From Catajapyx aquilonaris (lineage: Eukaryota): a stretch of 64,000 nt of DNA. The stretch is taken from positions 62,001 to 126,000 of the forward strand of contig KZ538023.1 of assembly GCA_000934665.2 (NCBI GenBank), in the 5' to 3' direction. Each line of letters opens with the position of its first letter. The first letter of the stretch is position 1. Shown piece after piece: positions 26,701 through 39,091 of the stretch. The position numbers were made by a program, and so were the translations under genes. The notes below the pieces were generated by a model. The model did not search any database. It saw nothing but the letters and a program-made list of their open reading frames with translations, and was not told where the DNA came from.

Positions 26701-29700
26701 CCCACCTCTTTTTTTGTGTGTGTAAAATGCGGGGGCAGAAAGTGCGTGTTAGGTCTTACTCACCTCGAGGTAAATTGCATGGAAAATATCCAGAAGATGG
26801 CCTGGAATTTAATTTGCCTTATGGGTTTGTAGAGGGAAAGGTCAGAAGAGTTGCGAATTATATTGCGAAATCTATCCGTGAACTATCGGTGGGTGTCATT
26901 GAGCTGATAAAACTGTGGAGGTTAATGTGATCGTAAAAAAAAAACACAATTATCATAAAGATCATATCATTGATATTTCTTTGCACATAGCCTTAGATGG
27001 TGGGTATACTGTACATAAAAATTATTTCTAGCACATTATACGTTCGTAATATGCACAGTAGCATACTGCAAAGTTTTTGCAATATTTTGCCTTACATTTA
27101 ATATTTCTTGCACATTATATGTTCGTCGTAAAAAAAAATTACTGGCGTATGCAGAGTTTTTGCATATTGGCGATTCAATATTTTGTTGCCATTACAGCTT
27201 CGTGCCAAATTTTCATTCCAAGCGAAAATTCCGGCAAAGTCAATATTTTTGCCGCCTAAATCCCATATAACGTGCGAGTTTTGGCATATTATATCGACCC
27301 GCAAGTTTGTCTCTCTCATAAAAGTAGTATGGGTGATTTCGCTCCGATAGTGCAGCACCGGCCTCCTACGCACTATTCGGTAGGTGTGCCCTTGTTTATG
27401 GGTTCCCTTGGTGATGTTGGGTTTAGTCATTCTGAGCCTAAGGTCAAGCGGCTTCCAGACCGAAAAATATATGTGTGTCACCTATAGGTAGGAGGATGTT
27501 AACGGAGGAAGGTGACTCACCAAATGTGTTACACATGTGGAGAAGTAAAAAAAAAAATCACCATTGTTGAATGGATAAACAGTATTTTAATACCGAATTT
27601 ATTACATCGGACGTCGTCCTTTTGTTGGGTACATTTGCTGGATAAATTCGTTTGAAGTTGGGTGCACAACAAGTTCAAATCAGCCGATGAACTTTGGAAT
27701 ATGCCACGGGAGATAACGGGGCGTAGATTAGTGGCAACCACATTTTGTGTGTGTGTCTGAGGGCGCCAATGTCTTAGTTTCATGCATTTCCTCTTTTTAA
27801 AACAACCTCGCATGACACTGAGTCGTTTGCATGGCAGAAAAGGCGTGTGAACTGAAATTGGGCATTTAATAACGCGGAAGCCACGACTCCCCCGCAAATA
27901 GTGCCAAAGAAGGAACCTCATGTAGCCTGCGATACTTATCAGCAATCCAATAATAAAAAGCCCCCCTCACAAAGTGCACTTTGTTTGCGAAGGATAGCCT
28001 CGTCGCGACGTACACGTATAATAAAAGATCAAACACGCCTTGACACTGTGTGTTTTTTTGCCTGGCCTTTGAAAGGATGCTGAGGGTGAAAACTGACGGA
28101 AATGTGTGCCAAGGCCCTTGCCATCACGCGTCCACATGTCGTCCGAAGTGGTCACTTGGGAGAACACGGCAGGGTTTTTTTGGATCGATAGACTATTGTG
28201 CCTTTGGAGGAGCGAGGGAACACACACAGAAAGTGTCACTGGAGACAGTTATCGAACTTGTGTCATCGATAATATTGGCCAGAAACTTGTTTGGACCCTC
28301 GCGTGATGCAACCTTCAGCACACACACCCCGATTTTTACGTCTCATTTTTCTGATTTGCGGGACCAAATGGCCGTTTAAATAAATTACACAATCTCGCAA
28401 CCAATCAACTAGCCGACATCGCTAGCAACATTCACAAAATATGAATAAATAACTAAATTAATAGTTAAATGAAAGAATAATAGCATATAGACATGCAATT
28501 CAGCGAATTCTCGATCTATCGTTCCCGCATCCATCGCTTTCCCGCATCCGTCGCTTTCCCGCATCCATCGCTTTCCCGCATCCATCGTTTTTCATGTATC
28601 CCGACAAAAACAATGGATCGAGATTTTTCTGTAAGTTGATAAAATGTGTAAAATGTAAAGAAGTGCATATGTCTGTACAGTTTCTTGTTTCTAGGACGAT
28701 TTGAAAGCTTGCTTGCAAATAAAATCAGCTGTGACGCAACTTCGCCTAGTTTTCGCAACATCTGCTACTAGATCGGATATGACAATGGGAAAAAAAAGAG
28801 GAATTCATAACTGAAAAGCTGGCAAGTGCACGTATCTAGTTGCAGTCGGATTTTACCACTTTACATGACAATTAAATCCAGTGTGTGCACATCGCTCGGG
28901 GGGGTCACTAGCCTTCGGGCAGGTCTCCCAAAAAAATAACAAGGACCAAATCGCGATTTATGGCAAAAATACCTCGTTAACCAGGTTCCGGTGCGATAAG
29001 GCGTGAAAAAAAAAATTGCAGGAACTCGTAAGTGATCCTAATTGAACGATAAATCAAATGAGGAGGCTGTTTTGTTTGCTCATTAAGGTATACGGGTAGG
29101 TTTCAATTTTGAAACAATGCTTCCATTTTGTGGGGGGAGGTGGAGGCAACTATAATGGCGGAAGTGCCTGGGTTTTCTAAGGAATTGGGGGCATTAATCA
29201 TGCAAGACATCAGCAAGCACCTTCGGGGTTTAAGTTCATAAATGAATCAGTGATGGGGGGGTAGAAATTCACCGGATGCGAGATCGATCTAAAGAAGGGA
29301 GGAAACTGCTGGAAATATTAGGTGAGAAAAAAACTTGAGGGCTCATTACATTTGGTAATTGAATTTACTTGGAGCCTCGTTGTCTGCTGGGAGGTGTTTT
29401 TTTTTTTTTTTTTGAGATGTCAAGACTTTATTCGGTAATTGACAGCCCGGATTGCAAGTTTGGTTTCGGGTGGTGTAGAATCCTTTGTGTTTGGGGTGGG
29501 ATTTTGCATCAAAAATGCGTTAGTGTATAAATTTGTACGAGGGATGTCACATAAAATTTATGCACTTCAATACCTGTCGATAACTGATTTTTAAAAAAAT
29601 GCGCAGCCCTGCAATGGACGCAAAATTAAGAAAATTCTTCAGATTGTGTTCACAATGTCGCCGTTTGTCATTGTGCTGATACAACACCGGACCTTAAATG

Positions 29701-32700
29701 TTTCGAAACAATGTGCTACTTGTCCGTATCATAACTTTGCATGTTCTCTTACGTTTGTTAAGTGCGATGCAGATAACTTCTATTTTTTTAAAAAAAAGTA
29801 GAGTGATAATAAGTAAGTGATGAGGTGCGATATTCTGAGCTGATTTGGCATGGCAGTACTGCAAGATACTTGATCGAGAGATTGTTGGAAGTGATGAAAT
29901 ACTGCAGTATGGAGGTAGCTTTTTTTATATTTTATCTGCATGCCCGAGAGCTACACGGTGCTTTTATATACCGTCGGAACTAGTAACGGAAAAATAATTG
30001 GTAACTGATAGCAGTTGTCGCCACTGATGGAACTTTTTTTAAATGCCTTTCAACAAGAGAAATTGTGCTGTGTCGTAAACTAACGGTTCAGTGAAATCGT
30101 TGCAATGAGGAAATATTTTTTACTGTAGTGTACAAGTAGTTACGACAAAAAAAATTGCAGATGATTCATGCAAAATATTATAATTATTAACCCAATTCAA
30201 TTACATGATTGTTGACTCCAGCAATTCCTGCCTCAGTTGCTGTTGGAGAGAGATAGGAAATATCAGGTCAGAAGCGTACGTCCTTCAATAATTGACCAGC
30301 AGTTGTCCTAGTCCTCACGAAGTGCCATTTAACGTCATCGATATCTCTCCTAGTGGGGGCGAGTCGAAGGCGAAGGTCACCATAGTGATATCGTGATGAC
30401 CGTATTATTTTTCAAGGGAAATCCTTTTTTCCTCTGTCTCTCCTCACATACAATAGACCTTTTGTTTGTACACGACCTTGCTCTTCTCTCGACTTCTAGT
30501 ACGTATGACCCTCTCGAAAAATAGTGTGTATTGCCCCCCAACTGTTATTTAATTCATGACGTTTATGAAATCCGGTGGCAACCCACACTTTTTTTTTTCT
30601 TTGGCAAAGAGCCATGGAAACAAAAGAGAGGTCGTCGGATTGTCTTTTAAGGATCGCGTGCGGCATAAATGGTATTGCTGCATTAATAAATTGCATGATT
30701 TCCGGCTACAGATTCATCACAATGACAATTGACAAGTCATGTCACACATGCATTCCTTTGAAAGGTCGTTTTTTTTTAAAAAAAGTAGAAGTGCATGGAA
30801 CTTGATGCACAATTGGAAGGAGTCAACAATCTCAGCCAGGGGTGACATTGTGAGATGATAATTGAGAAATGTGCACACCGTAGCTTTTTTAGGTCGATAG
30901 TTTTTGAATTATCCATGAGTATAGGCTCAGTGGGATCAAATCAATCTTGCAGACTTGATTGGATGGTTCGCTGTGGGTAAAATGGCAGTTCATTGAAGCT
31001 GACGCCAGAGAATTGTACTGACATCACAATGGTGCTAACAATGTCGGTAATTAAACTACCACTGTGTCATTCAAATAGTGCTGCACAATCATGCAATACA
31101 GTATGTCAGTAATTAAATTAAAATTACTAATGAATTTCCAGTCACATTTTTTTGATCAAGTGAGCAGTGTCACGAATGGATAGAAGTTGATAAAAATGTC
31201 AACCGCAACTTGGATATAGCCGTTCATCAACGTGAAGCTGAGACAAATTGAGCGGCATTCCTGAGACTATGCTTTGGTCGAGCGAGTATTTTTGGCATTC
31301 CTGCACTTGACAAACCTCCTCAGTGGCAGATTTCTGTGGCTTCCCTCTCCAGGAGATATATGACATTCTTCCCTCATTCTTTTTTTTTTTTGGTGCTGCA
31401 CTCTTTTCGCATGGTTTGTTGGCCTATGCCAGATCGTTACTGATCCCTTTAAATCTTTGTTCCTTTCAGTGAACCAGGCCGTTATGTGAAGGTCCTTTGG
31501 AAGGATTTGCGTGTGGGTGACCTGGTGCACTTGTCCTGCAATGAAATCATCCCTGCTGATATTCTGGTGTTACGATCCAGCGATGACAATGGGCTGTGCT
31601 ACGTTGAGACTAGCAATTTGGATGGAGAGAGTAGTTTGAAGCAGAGAGAAGTTGTTCCAGGATTTGTGGAGAAGGTATGTTTCAATTCTGAAATGTAGCT
31701 TTGAAATGTATCGGAACGGAGTGGGAGTTATTGAAATTTATGTGGGGACATTCAAAGTTCCTTGCGGTGCTATTCTTCTCCGTATGAAAATGTGCATGAA
31801 TTGCGATTGATTTTTCAGCAAGGGACATTCCAAGCGAGTGAGTTTCGAAGTAAGATTGAAGTAGGTGCCCCGACTACCAAAATCTACCGGTTCCATGGCT
31901 GCATGGTTCACCCAAATGGAGAGCGAGTGCCTGTGAACAACGAGCATTTGTTACTGAGAGACTGTGTGCTGAAGAACACTGACTTTGTAGAGGGCATTGT
32001 TCTCTATGCGGGTAAGAATATTAGTCAACAACATTTTAAAAATATGCGTGTACGTAATTTATTGAGATTTTCCCTTCGTTTCAGGCCACGAGACCAAAGC
32101 TATGCTGAACAATGGTGGCCCTAGGTACAAACGTTCAGCCCTGGAGCGCCAAATGAACTGGGAGGTTTTGTACTGCGTGGTGATACTGGTAGTCCTCTGT
32201 GGCATCGGGGCTGTCGGGGCTTACATGTGGGTGTCTTCCTACAATGAACCAGTGCCTTTCATTCTGGACTTCGACACCTCGACAATAGATCACATTGTCT
32301 ACGCTCTTGTTAGCATCCTAGTTTTTGTTGTTATCCTTCAGGTAAGCCCAAGACACAAAATGACTATTTTTCAGTACATGGAGTATCATTTTGAAGTGCT
32401 CGATTTGCATTTTGCAATGGGACATTGCACCAGAAAGTGTTTTATTTGGATTTGTGTAATTATAACATTTGTGGAAATTCATTTAGTGAAATTAAATGTA
32501 GTGTTATTGCGTCTTTCACTTTGAAATTGTGACAGGATTATAAGAAAAATATTAGCAAACCTTCAGCGTGCACGTCCTTACGTTGCTTATATGTGTCTTT
32601 CTATTTGCAGGTTATGATTCCACTGTCTCTGTATGTTACCTTAGAAGTGACCAAACTCATGCAGGTGTACCACATTCACAATGATGTGAACCTGTATGAC

Positions 32701-35700
32701 CCTGAATGTGATAAACGGGTTGAGTGCAGAGCACTGAACATTCCTGAGGAGTTGGGACAAGTACGTAAATTGCTAGTAAATTGTGTTAAATCTGTGAATG
32801 AATATTTGTTGAAATGCAATATTTATTGTCCGCTTCAGGTCCAGTACATCTTCTCAGATAAGACGGGTACCCTGACTGAGAACAAGATGATATTTAGTAG
32901 GTGCACCATCGGAGGAGTGGATTACCATCATTCTATGAGGGAAGATGCCACCAAAGTCCTCGCAGGGGCAGGCATGCCCATGCTGGTGGTCAACCCACAG
33001 CTGCAGGAGGAGCTGTGCAACATTCAGCTCACGTATGATGGGAACAGTGCGGAGGTCAAGCCACAATACCAGAGGATCCAGGACTTTTTTCTTCTGATGG
33101 CTGTGTGCAACACTGTGGTGGTGGCAAAGCATCCGCACAGAGACGAGGTAAGTTGAGGAATACTGAGATGTAATGCATTCAAATAGGCTTGTGAAGGTAC
33201 TGTCGAAGTGACTGCTTTCCTTTGGGCAGTGTAGATTATAGGTAGAACTTTTACAATGCGCCAGAAGCTCAGTTACATTTCACATATGTAAGCAAGTCCA
33301 CCTTTGTTTGCATTAGCTCAGGCCATGGTCAGATTTTGCGAAAGGGAAAGCTTTATTTACGTTTTATGCATACCAGGGTGATGGGTCAGGGTCACCCGTA
33401 TGCATGACTCATGTAGCTATAGTTAATGTGCCCCCTTTTCCTTGAAAGCAGTGGATTACTTAATGCAATTTGAACTGTGGTAACTGGTTCTTGCATAATA
33501 GATGAACCCATACTGTTTAGAGTACTTTAAAGTACAGTATTCAGTGTGACGTCACTGAATTGTAGGTAAACTTGAAGCATGCATTGACTCTTGACCTTTT
33601 AACAGAACTGGTGTCGTTTCATTGCCGCACTTTGTGATGATTGTTGGTGTACGTTCAATGCTGCTGGGCAGAACTTTGGCACTTAAGTGGCATTACGTGG
33701 AGCCCTGAATTTTTCATGTGTGTCCACAAAGTCGATATGATTACTTCCAAAAAGAAGCTTATTAATTATGTAATGTGATTTGGCATTGTTTAGGTTTACC
33801 TTGTTACTGCTAGTGGGAGTTGACATTTTCACCGGCCAAAAGACGTTTGACATTCAATTCTAGTAATTTTTTTATGGTAAATCATCTTTCTCTCTTTCCA
33901 GATGAATGCAAGTGGCCTAATCCTCCCATCGACCAACACAAGCATATCAGAGGAGTCGGAGCTGCATCACCACCACCACCACCCGAACTCCATGCCAAAC
34001 CACATTCAGAATGTTCCTACACCAGTGGACACCTACTCCCGCCTTGTGGAGTCGCGATCCATCACACCTTCACCACCGTTGTCCACCAGTGCTCCCCGTT
34101 CCCAGCAGTTCAGGCCACAGCATCCCAGGGTACTGGACATTTTTCCTGCAACCCATACTCTTTCCCCCATATGTTCCTCCAGTGAGACCACTCCAACCGA
34201 TTCCCCCAACCCAAACGGAAGGCCCCGTCTTCTGCAACTACCCTTCTTCAACCGAAACCACAACCATTCGAGGTCCCCCACCCCTTCGCCTGCTGGCAAC
34301 AACGGGGAGTTCAAGCCCATATTTGAGGCAGAGAGTCCGGACGAGCTGGCCCTGGTGAATGCAGCTTACGTGTATGACTGCAGGCTGCTCAAAAGAAGTA
34401 CCAGAATGGTCAGGGTGTCCATGCCTGGGGAGGGGCTGGTTGAATTTGATGTACTGCATGTACTGCCATTTGATTCCACCCGGAAGAGGATGAGCGTACT
34501 CTTGAAGCATCCAGTCACCAAGGAGAAGGTGCTTTACCTCAAAGTAAGTGATGTGTTTTAATTATGTCCAAAAAGAGCCCGTTAAACACTATTCCACCCG
34601 TACCATGCAACTCCATTCCGAGTGCGTACAAGTCACTGTTCAAAATATTTAACATTGTGGAATAGACTTCAGATTTCCAGAATTTTACCAATTTTTGTCT
34701 CTTCCAGGGTGCAGACTCAGCAGTTCTAAACCGACTGAAGACCCCGGATACCGCAGAGAAACGGGAGATGATAACCCGCATGAATCAACACTTGAATGGG
34801 TATGCCAAGCATGGCCTCCGAATTCTGGTGATGGCCAAACGTGTCCTCACGGATGAGGAATACCTGGACTGGTTGAGCAAGCATCGGGACGCAGAGCTCG
34901 CCACCGAGGGAAGGGATCATCGCCTCTCCGAATCGTACTCCCGCCTGGAGCGTGACCTTGAGTTGCTTGGAGCCACTGGAATAGAGGATCGCTTGCAGGA
35001 TGGTGTACCTGAGGCCATAGCAAGTCTGAGGAGAGCGGGCATCATAGTATGGGTGCTCACAGGCGACAAGCAGGAGACGGCCGTGAACATTGCACACTCC
35101 TGCAAGCTGTTCACGCAAGAGATGGACATCATCAAGCTGAACGTCAGGAGCTGCAGGAGTGCTGAGGAGACCATTAGGTTCTACCTGGACAAGCTGGAAA
35201 GGGAGACGCCTCGGAGGCCAGGAACACCCGGGACTATATTTGTGGCCTCAGTGACATCGCTGCCCGCCAAGCAAAGGGCGCTTGTAGTCGATGGGAAGAC
35301 TCTCACGTGAGTAGTGTCCTGTTTTTATGACTTTATGCAATGTAGCGTGACATTGAACTAAATCGTTTGGTCTAGGTTCATCCTTGCGAGGGAAGCTAAC
35401 CTGCAGAAGTCATTCCTAAACCTCACCAAGTACTGCAGTGCTGTCTTGTGTTGTCGTACAACCCCACTGCAGAAGGCATACATGGTGCGCGTGGTTAAGG
35501 AGCAACTTCAGGTACGCACTCTGGCCATTGGAGATGGAGCCAACGATGTGTCCATGATCCAGACGGCAGACGTGGGGATCGGGATATCAGGGATGGAGGG
35601 TATGCAGGCCGTCATGGCTTCGGACTTTGCCATCTCGAAGTTCAAGCATCTGGAGAGGTTGTTGCTGGTACATGGACACTGGTGTTATGACAGGCTGGCC

Positions 35701-37105
35701 AGGATGGTGCAGTACTTCTTCTACAAGAATGCCGTAAGTTGAAGCCCATTGTTAATTCGCATTTTATATCAACCTTCACCTGCTACCACTGTCGATTTAA
35801 TAGATCAGTCAGTGGTGATGTGTAACTAGCGCATGTGTTGCGTTACACAGGACTTAATTGTGACTCTTTCCAGGCTTTTGTGTTTGTCATCTTCTGGTTC
35901 CAACTCTACTGTGGCTTCACTGGTGCTGTCATGATGGACCAAATGTACCTGCAACTGTACAATTTGCTGTTCACATCCTTTCCTCCGATGGCCATTGGTA
36001 AGTCCTGCTTGATGCTTTCTGTTGATCGCTTAACAAGTTTTGTTCATTATGTTGCAGGTATATATGACAAGGATGCTCCTGAGGATCTCTTGTTAGCTTG
36101 TCCATCGCTGTACAGACAAGGACGAATAGGGGAAGTGTACAAACCTATGTACTTCTGGGTGAACATGGCTGATGCTCTGTATCAGAGCGTTATCATCTTC
36201 TTTGTTGCCCTAGGGGTGAGTTGGCACATTCATGACATGCTAAAAATATTGGTTTGTAATCATAACTGAAACCCATGTTTTTACAGGCGTACCATGGTAG
36301 TAACGTAGGCATTTGGGAGTTTGGGACCACAATAACAGCCGCATGCCTTTACGTCATGCTGTTCCACATGGCCATCGAAACCAAGTCGTGGGTGAGTGCC
36401 TTTCGTGCAGTGTTTGTTTTGGCTCGCATTTTCAGAGTGTAGTTAACATCCTTATTGACTTTTGTTTGCAGACGGTGATTCACGTCCTTGCGATGGTTGT
36501 GTCCGTAATGGTGTTCTATGGTTTTGCCTGGGCCTACAACACCATCTGCCTCAAGTGCCATGGGCTTTCCTATTCCTACGGGGTCATACAAGAGACCCTA
36601 GTCTCGCCGATTCACTGGTTTGTTGTGCTGCTGTCCGTCGTGCTGGCTCTCCTGCCCAGGTTTGTACCACTAATCCCGACTCCAGTTTGGATTGGTTGTA
36701 ACTGGTGTTGTTTCAGGTTTGTGGCCAGGAGCATGGAAACTTTCCTTTTGCCGTCAGCAGTGACCAGAGCGATGCTTGCCAGCAAGAAATGCGGGAAGAG
36801 GGAAGAATTTTTTGTCTCATGGTCAAGAAGCACATCCAGTTCCTCTGTATTTAGGTGAGAGGCGTAAATTGCTAGCTAATGAAGTATAGCCGCAGTCTTT
36901 TTCACCTTTTGCATAGTAGAACAATGCTTGATTGAATGAGGCGATGCAGAGATCATAACGTATTGGTCACGTAGCAAAATAATTCAGATCATTTTTTGGG
37001 TCTATGAGTTCCTCTTTGCATTGTAGGCCCCCTCGTTGCAGGCCGAACGAGACGTCCACCCGGGCTGGCAACAATGGCTTTGACGGGCAGACACCGGTTG
37101 GATGA
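8787..37105 (+). CDS. ATP10: P4-type phospholipid-transporting ATPase (flippase), ATP10/class V family, 1516 aa
   Basis: 16 exons: 8787-9210, 11280-11901, 31470-31674, 31819-32011, 32085-32341, 32611-32760, 32839-33147, 33902-34543, 34708-35306, 35376-35733, 35874-35997, 36058-36215, 36287-36391, 36472-36659, 36717-36854, 37027-37105 (4551 nt, frame consistent). Motifs: [80 protein letters not shown]. The GPRYKRS and [12 protein letters not shown] motifs point to the ATP10 class. Confidence 0.95.
9540..9734. mobile_element. MITE, PIF/Harbinger-like, 195 bp
   Basis: ~40-bp TIRs (..GTTTCACCAAGAGCGGTATATGATAAAACTG / CAGTTTTATCATATACCGCTCTTGGTGAAAC..). Flanked by 3-bp direct repeat TAG (9537-9539, 9735-9737). 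Interior is two tandem palindromic units. Confidence 0.8.
13194..13360 (+). repeat. Two tandem copies of a dispersed repeat end, possibly Helentron/DINE-like non-autonomous element
   Basis: Motif AACTCTCAGTAGTC.G.AAG..GGTTAG.TAGCC...ACATACAGAGAAACTTTC...TTTAT occurs twice here and twice at 25828-26150. Family assignment is by resemblance only. Confidence 0.55.
25828..26150 (+). repeat. Tandem ~165-bp units of the same dispersed repeat as 13194-13360
   Basis: Repeated blocks TTTTGGG.GTTTAG, TTTTTCCTC, AAGCCAAGT, GAA.GTGG..TAGGTAGCC and AGACAAACTT. Confidence 0.55.
28522..28589 (+). repeat. Minisatellite, 4 x 17 bp (TTCCCGCATCCRTCGCT), inside short inverted ends
   Basis: Four consecutive units. 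Flanks TCTCGATCTATCGTT (28509) and AACAATGGATCGAGA (to 28623) are imperfect inverted repeats. Confidence 0.8.
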
Positions 37106-38704
37106 CACAGGAAGCCACTAGCCAAGCTCAACATATCCGTGATCGATTGAAGAATTTATTTCCCCCCCCCCCTGCAATTTGTTACTTATGCGGATGCCTG
37201 GCTGTTTTCAGGGAAGCTCACGTTTTACACCATCTGCCTGTTTACACCGGCTAAAAAGTTTATAAGATGGATTTTTCCTAATTGCTTATACATTTACATG
37301 AACCCACCTAAAAACTTTTAAAAAAATATGTCATTCAGAGAGATGTATATCGTAGCTGTTTGCCTGCCCACAAGTTGATCATTATACGGTTCAAGTTTCA
37401 TGGCCTACGTGCGTTGCTTTTGTTTGTACGCGCATGCTCTGCAGGGATTTTCTTTTTTATACGAATCACGTGGATATACGGAAGAAAATTTTACACTTTA
37501 AGTTATTTTGCAAGTATTACTTGTTTATGTTCCTGCTTACTGTTTGAAAGGGTTGATTTAATTTAATATAAATTTTTTTTAAAATTACCTGTCATAGGGA
37601 GGAAACTGGAGACAGGTTGTGATAATGCCTTCAGAAAAGATGATTTAATTGTGTGCGCATGAAAGCTTTCAAACTGCCAAGCCAGTTAATTCTAGTTACG
37701 ATGAACACTGCGGTTTTTTTTTGGCTGCAACTGAGTCTTTTTGTGTTGTATCCAGACGTGAACTTTTAAATGGAAAGAACTTTTTTTTTGTGGTTGTGGG
37801 TTGGTACTTAGTCACTTAGGAGACATTCCAATATCAGAAAAATAGAGAGAGAGAAAAATTAAGATTAAAAAAAAAATACTAGAATCTGAGGTGTTAATTG
37901 TGCCAATTTGAAAGAGAGAGAGCGTGTGTGTAATTTAGCAAATGGACTGTTGTAAGACTTGCACATACGTTGTACAGAATGTTTAAATACAGAGTTTTTG
38001 TTTTTTTTTAAGAGAAACAGATTATATGGATATGACTGAGCATATTTTATCTACAAGTACAAAGATTTAAAAGAGTCAAAGTATTTCAAAGCGTTAAATT
38101 TGGGAGAAAATTAATCACAATTATATCAATGATCTTTTTCTTTTTTCCACTGGTGTCAAATGCAGTATTTACCCTACTTTTTTTTTCCATTTCCGCAGCC
38201 CATTTGTTCGCCACCATGACTGTCAATTTTTAAAGGTGGAGAAAAACAATATGTATGTGCCATTTGCCGAGAGTTGTGTAGGTTATTTTTTTGGGGACAA
38301 CTTCGGATAAAATTGTTTTAAAAAAAAAGAAGGGGACAGTGTCTATTTAGTGCCTTTTTTTTGTTTAGGGGCGCTATGCGAAACTGGTCGTACCAAAGGG
38401 AAAAAATGTGTTGTATGCTCTCTAAATCACAAAAATAAAGGGCTTATTGAAAGAATGGAGCTAAGAATACATGTAATTTTTTTTTTCTCTGAATGGTTAA
38501 CTATGTTAATAGTCGGTTACCTCGCTTCGTTGAGAGGGGAAAGAACCATCAGATTTACAAAAATGTGTTGATTTTTCTTATGTACCGAGAGCCATCGATG
38601 TTACGCTGGAAAAAAAAGGGCTTTGTTTTTACAAAAATATTATTTACTGTTATCTATGTACCAAGTCACCCCCCTGCCCCCCAAATATGCAGTTATTTAT
38701 GTAA

Positions 38705-38710
38705 AATAAA
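38705..38710 (+). terminator. Candidate poly(A) signal of ATP10 (3' UTR ~1.6 kb)
   Basis: AATAAA at the end of an AT-rich 3' region, ~380 bp upstream of the SAE1 ATG. Confidence 0.4.
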
Positions 38711-39091
38711 CCTGAAAAAAAAAAATTTACACCGGTTTTTATTCGCCTGGAATTATTTTGGCGGGCAATTTCAGCTTATGAAGAGCAACCAGGATCTGGA
38801 CAAAATAGCACACATGAAATTAATGGCACTGTTCATAATTATAATTAACACGATGGATACTGTATTCATCTTGATAATTAAATATTGTAGGGGGAAATAT
38901 TCATTGGTTATGAAAATAGCTGTTATTTGCTACTGTAGCCGTTACTTTTTTAAAGCAGCTAAGGTCAATAGCAGCTGTGCTACTGGGTTGAAAGCCGGCT
39001 TTGCTTTGGAACGTGTTTGGCTTCCTCTCAAATTTTTTCGAGTATTTTTCGTCGATTTTGGGCTCCAGGAACCGGAATTTTGGGAGGCAGG

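Noticed and set aside
28522..28589. Short direct repeats (also the repeats inside 55697-55851) as a CRISPR-like array
   Set aside because: Head-to-tail tandem units with no unique spacers, in a eukaryotic context with no cas genes.
12000..31400. Numerous 60-160-aa ORFs in the large ATP10 intron as a nested gene
   Set aside because: None shows recognisable domains or a consistent chain of exons; they look like random ORFs.
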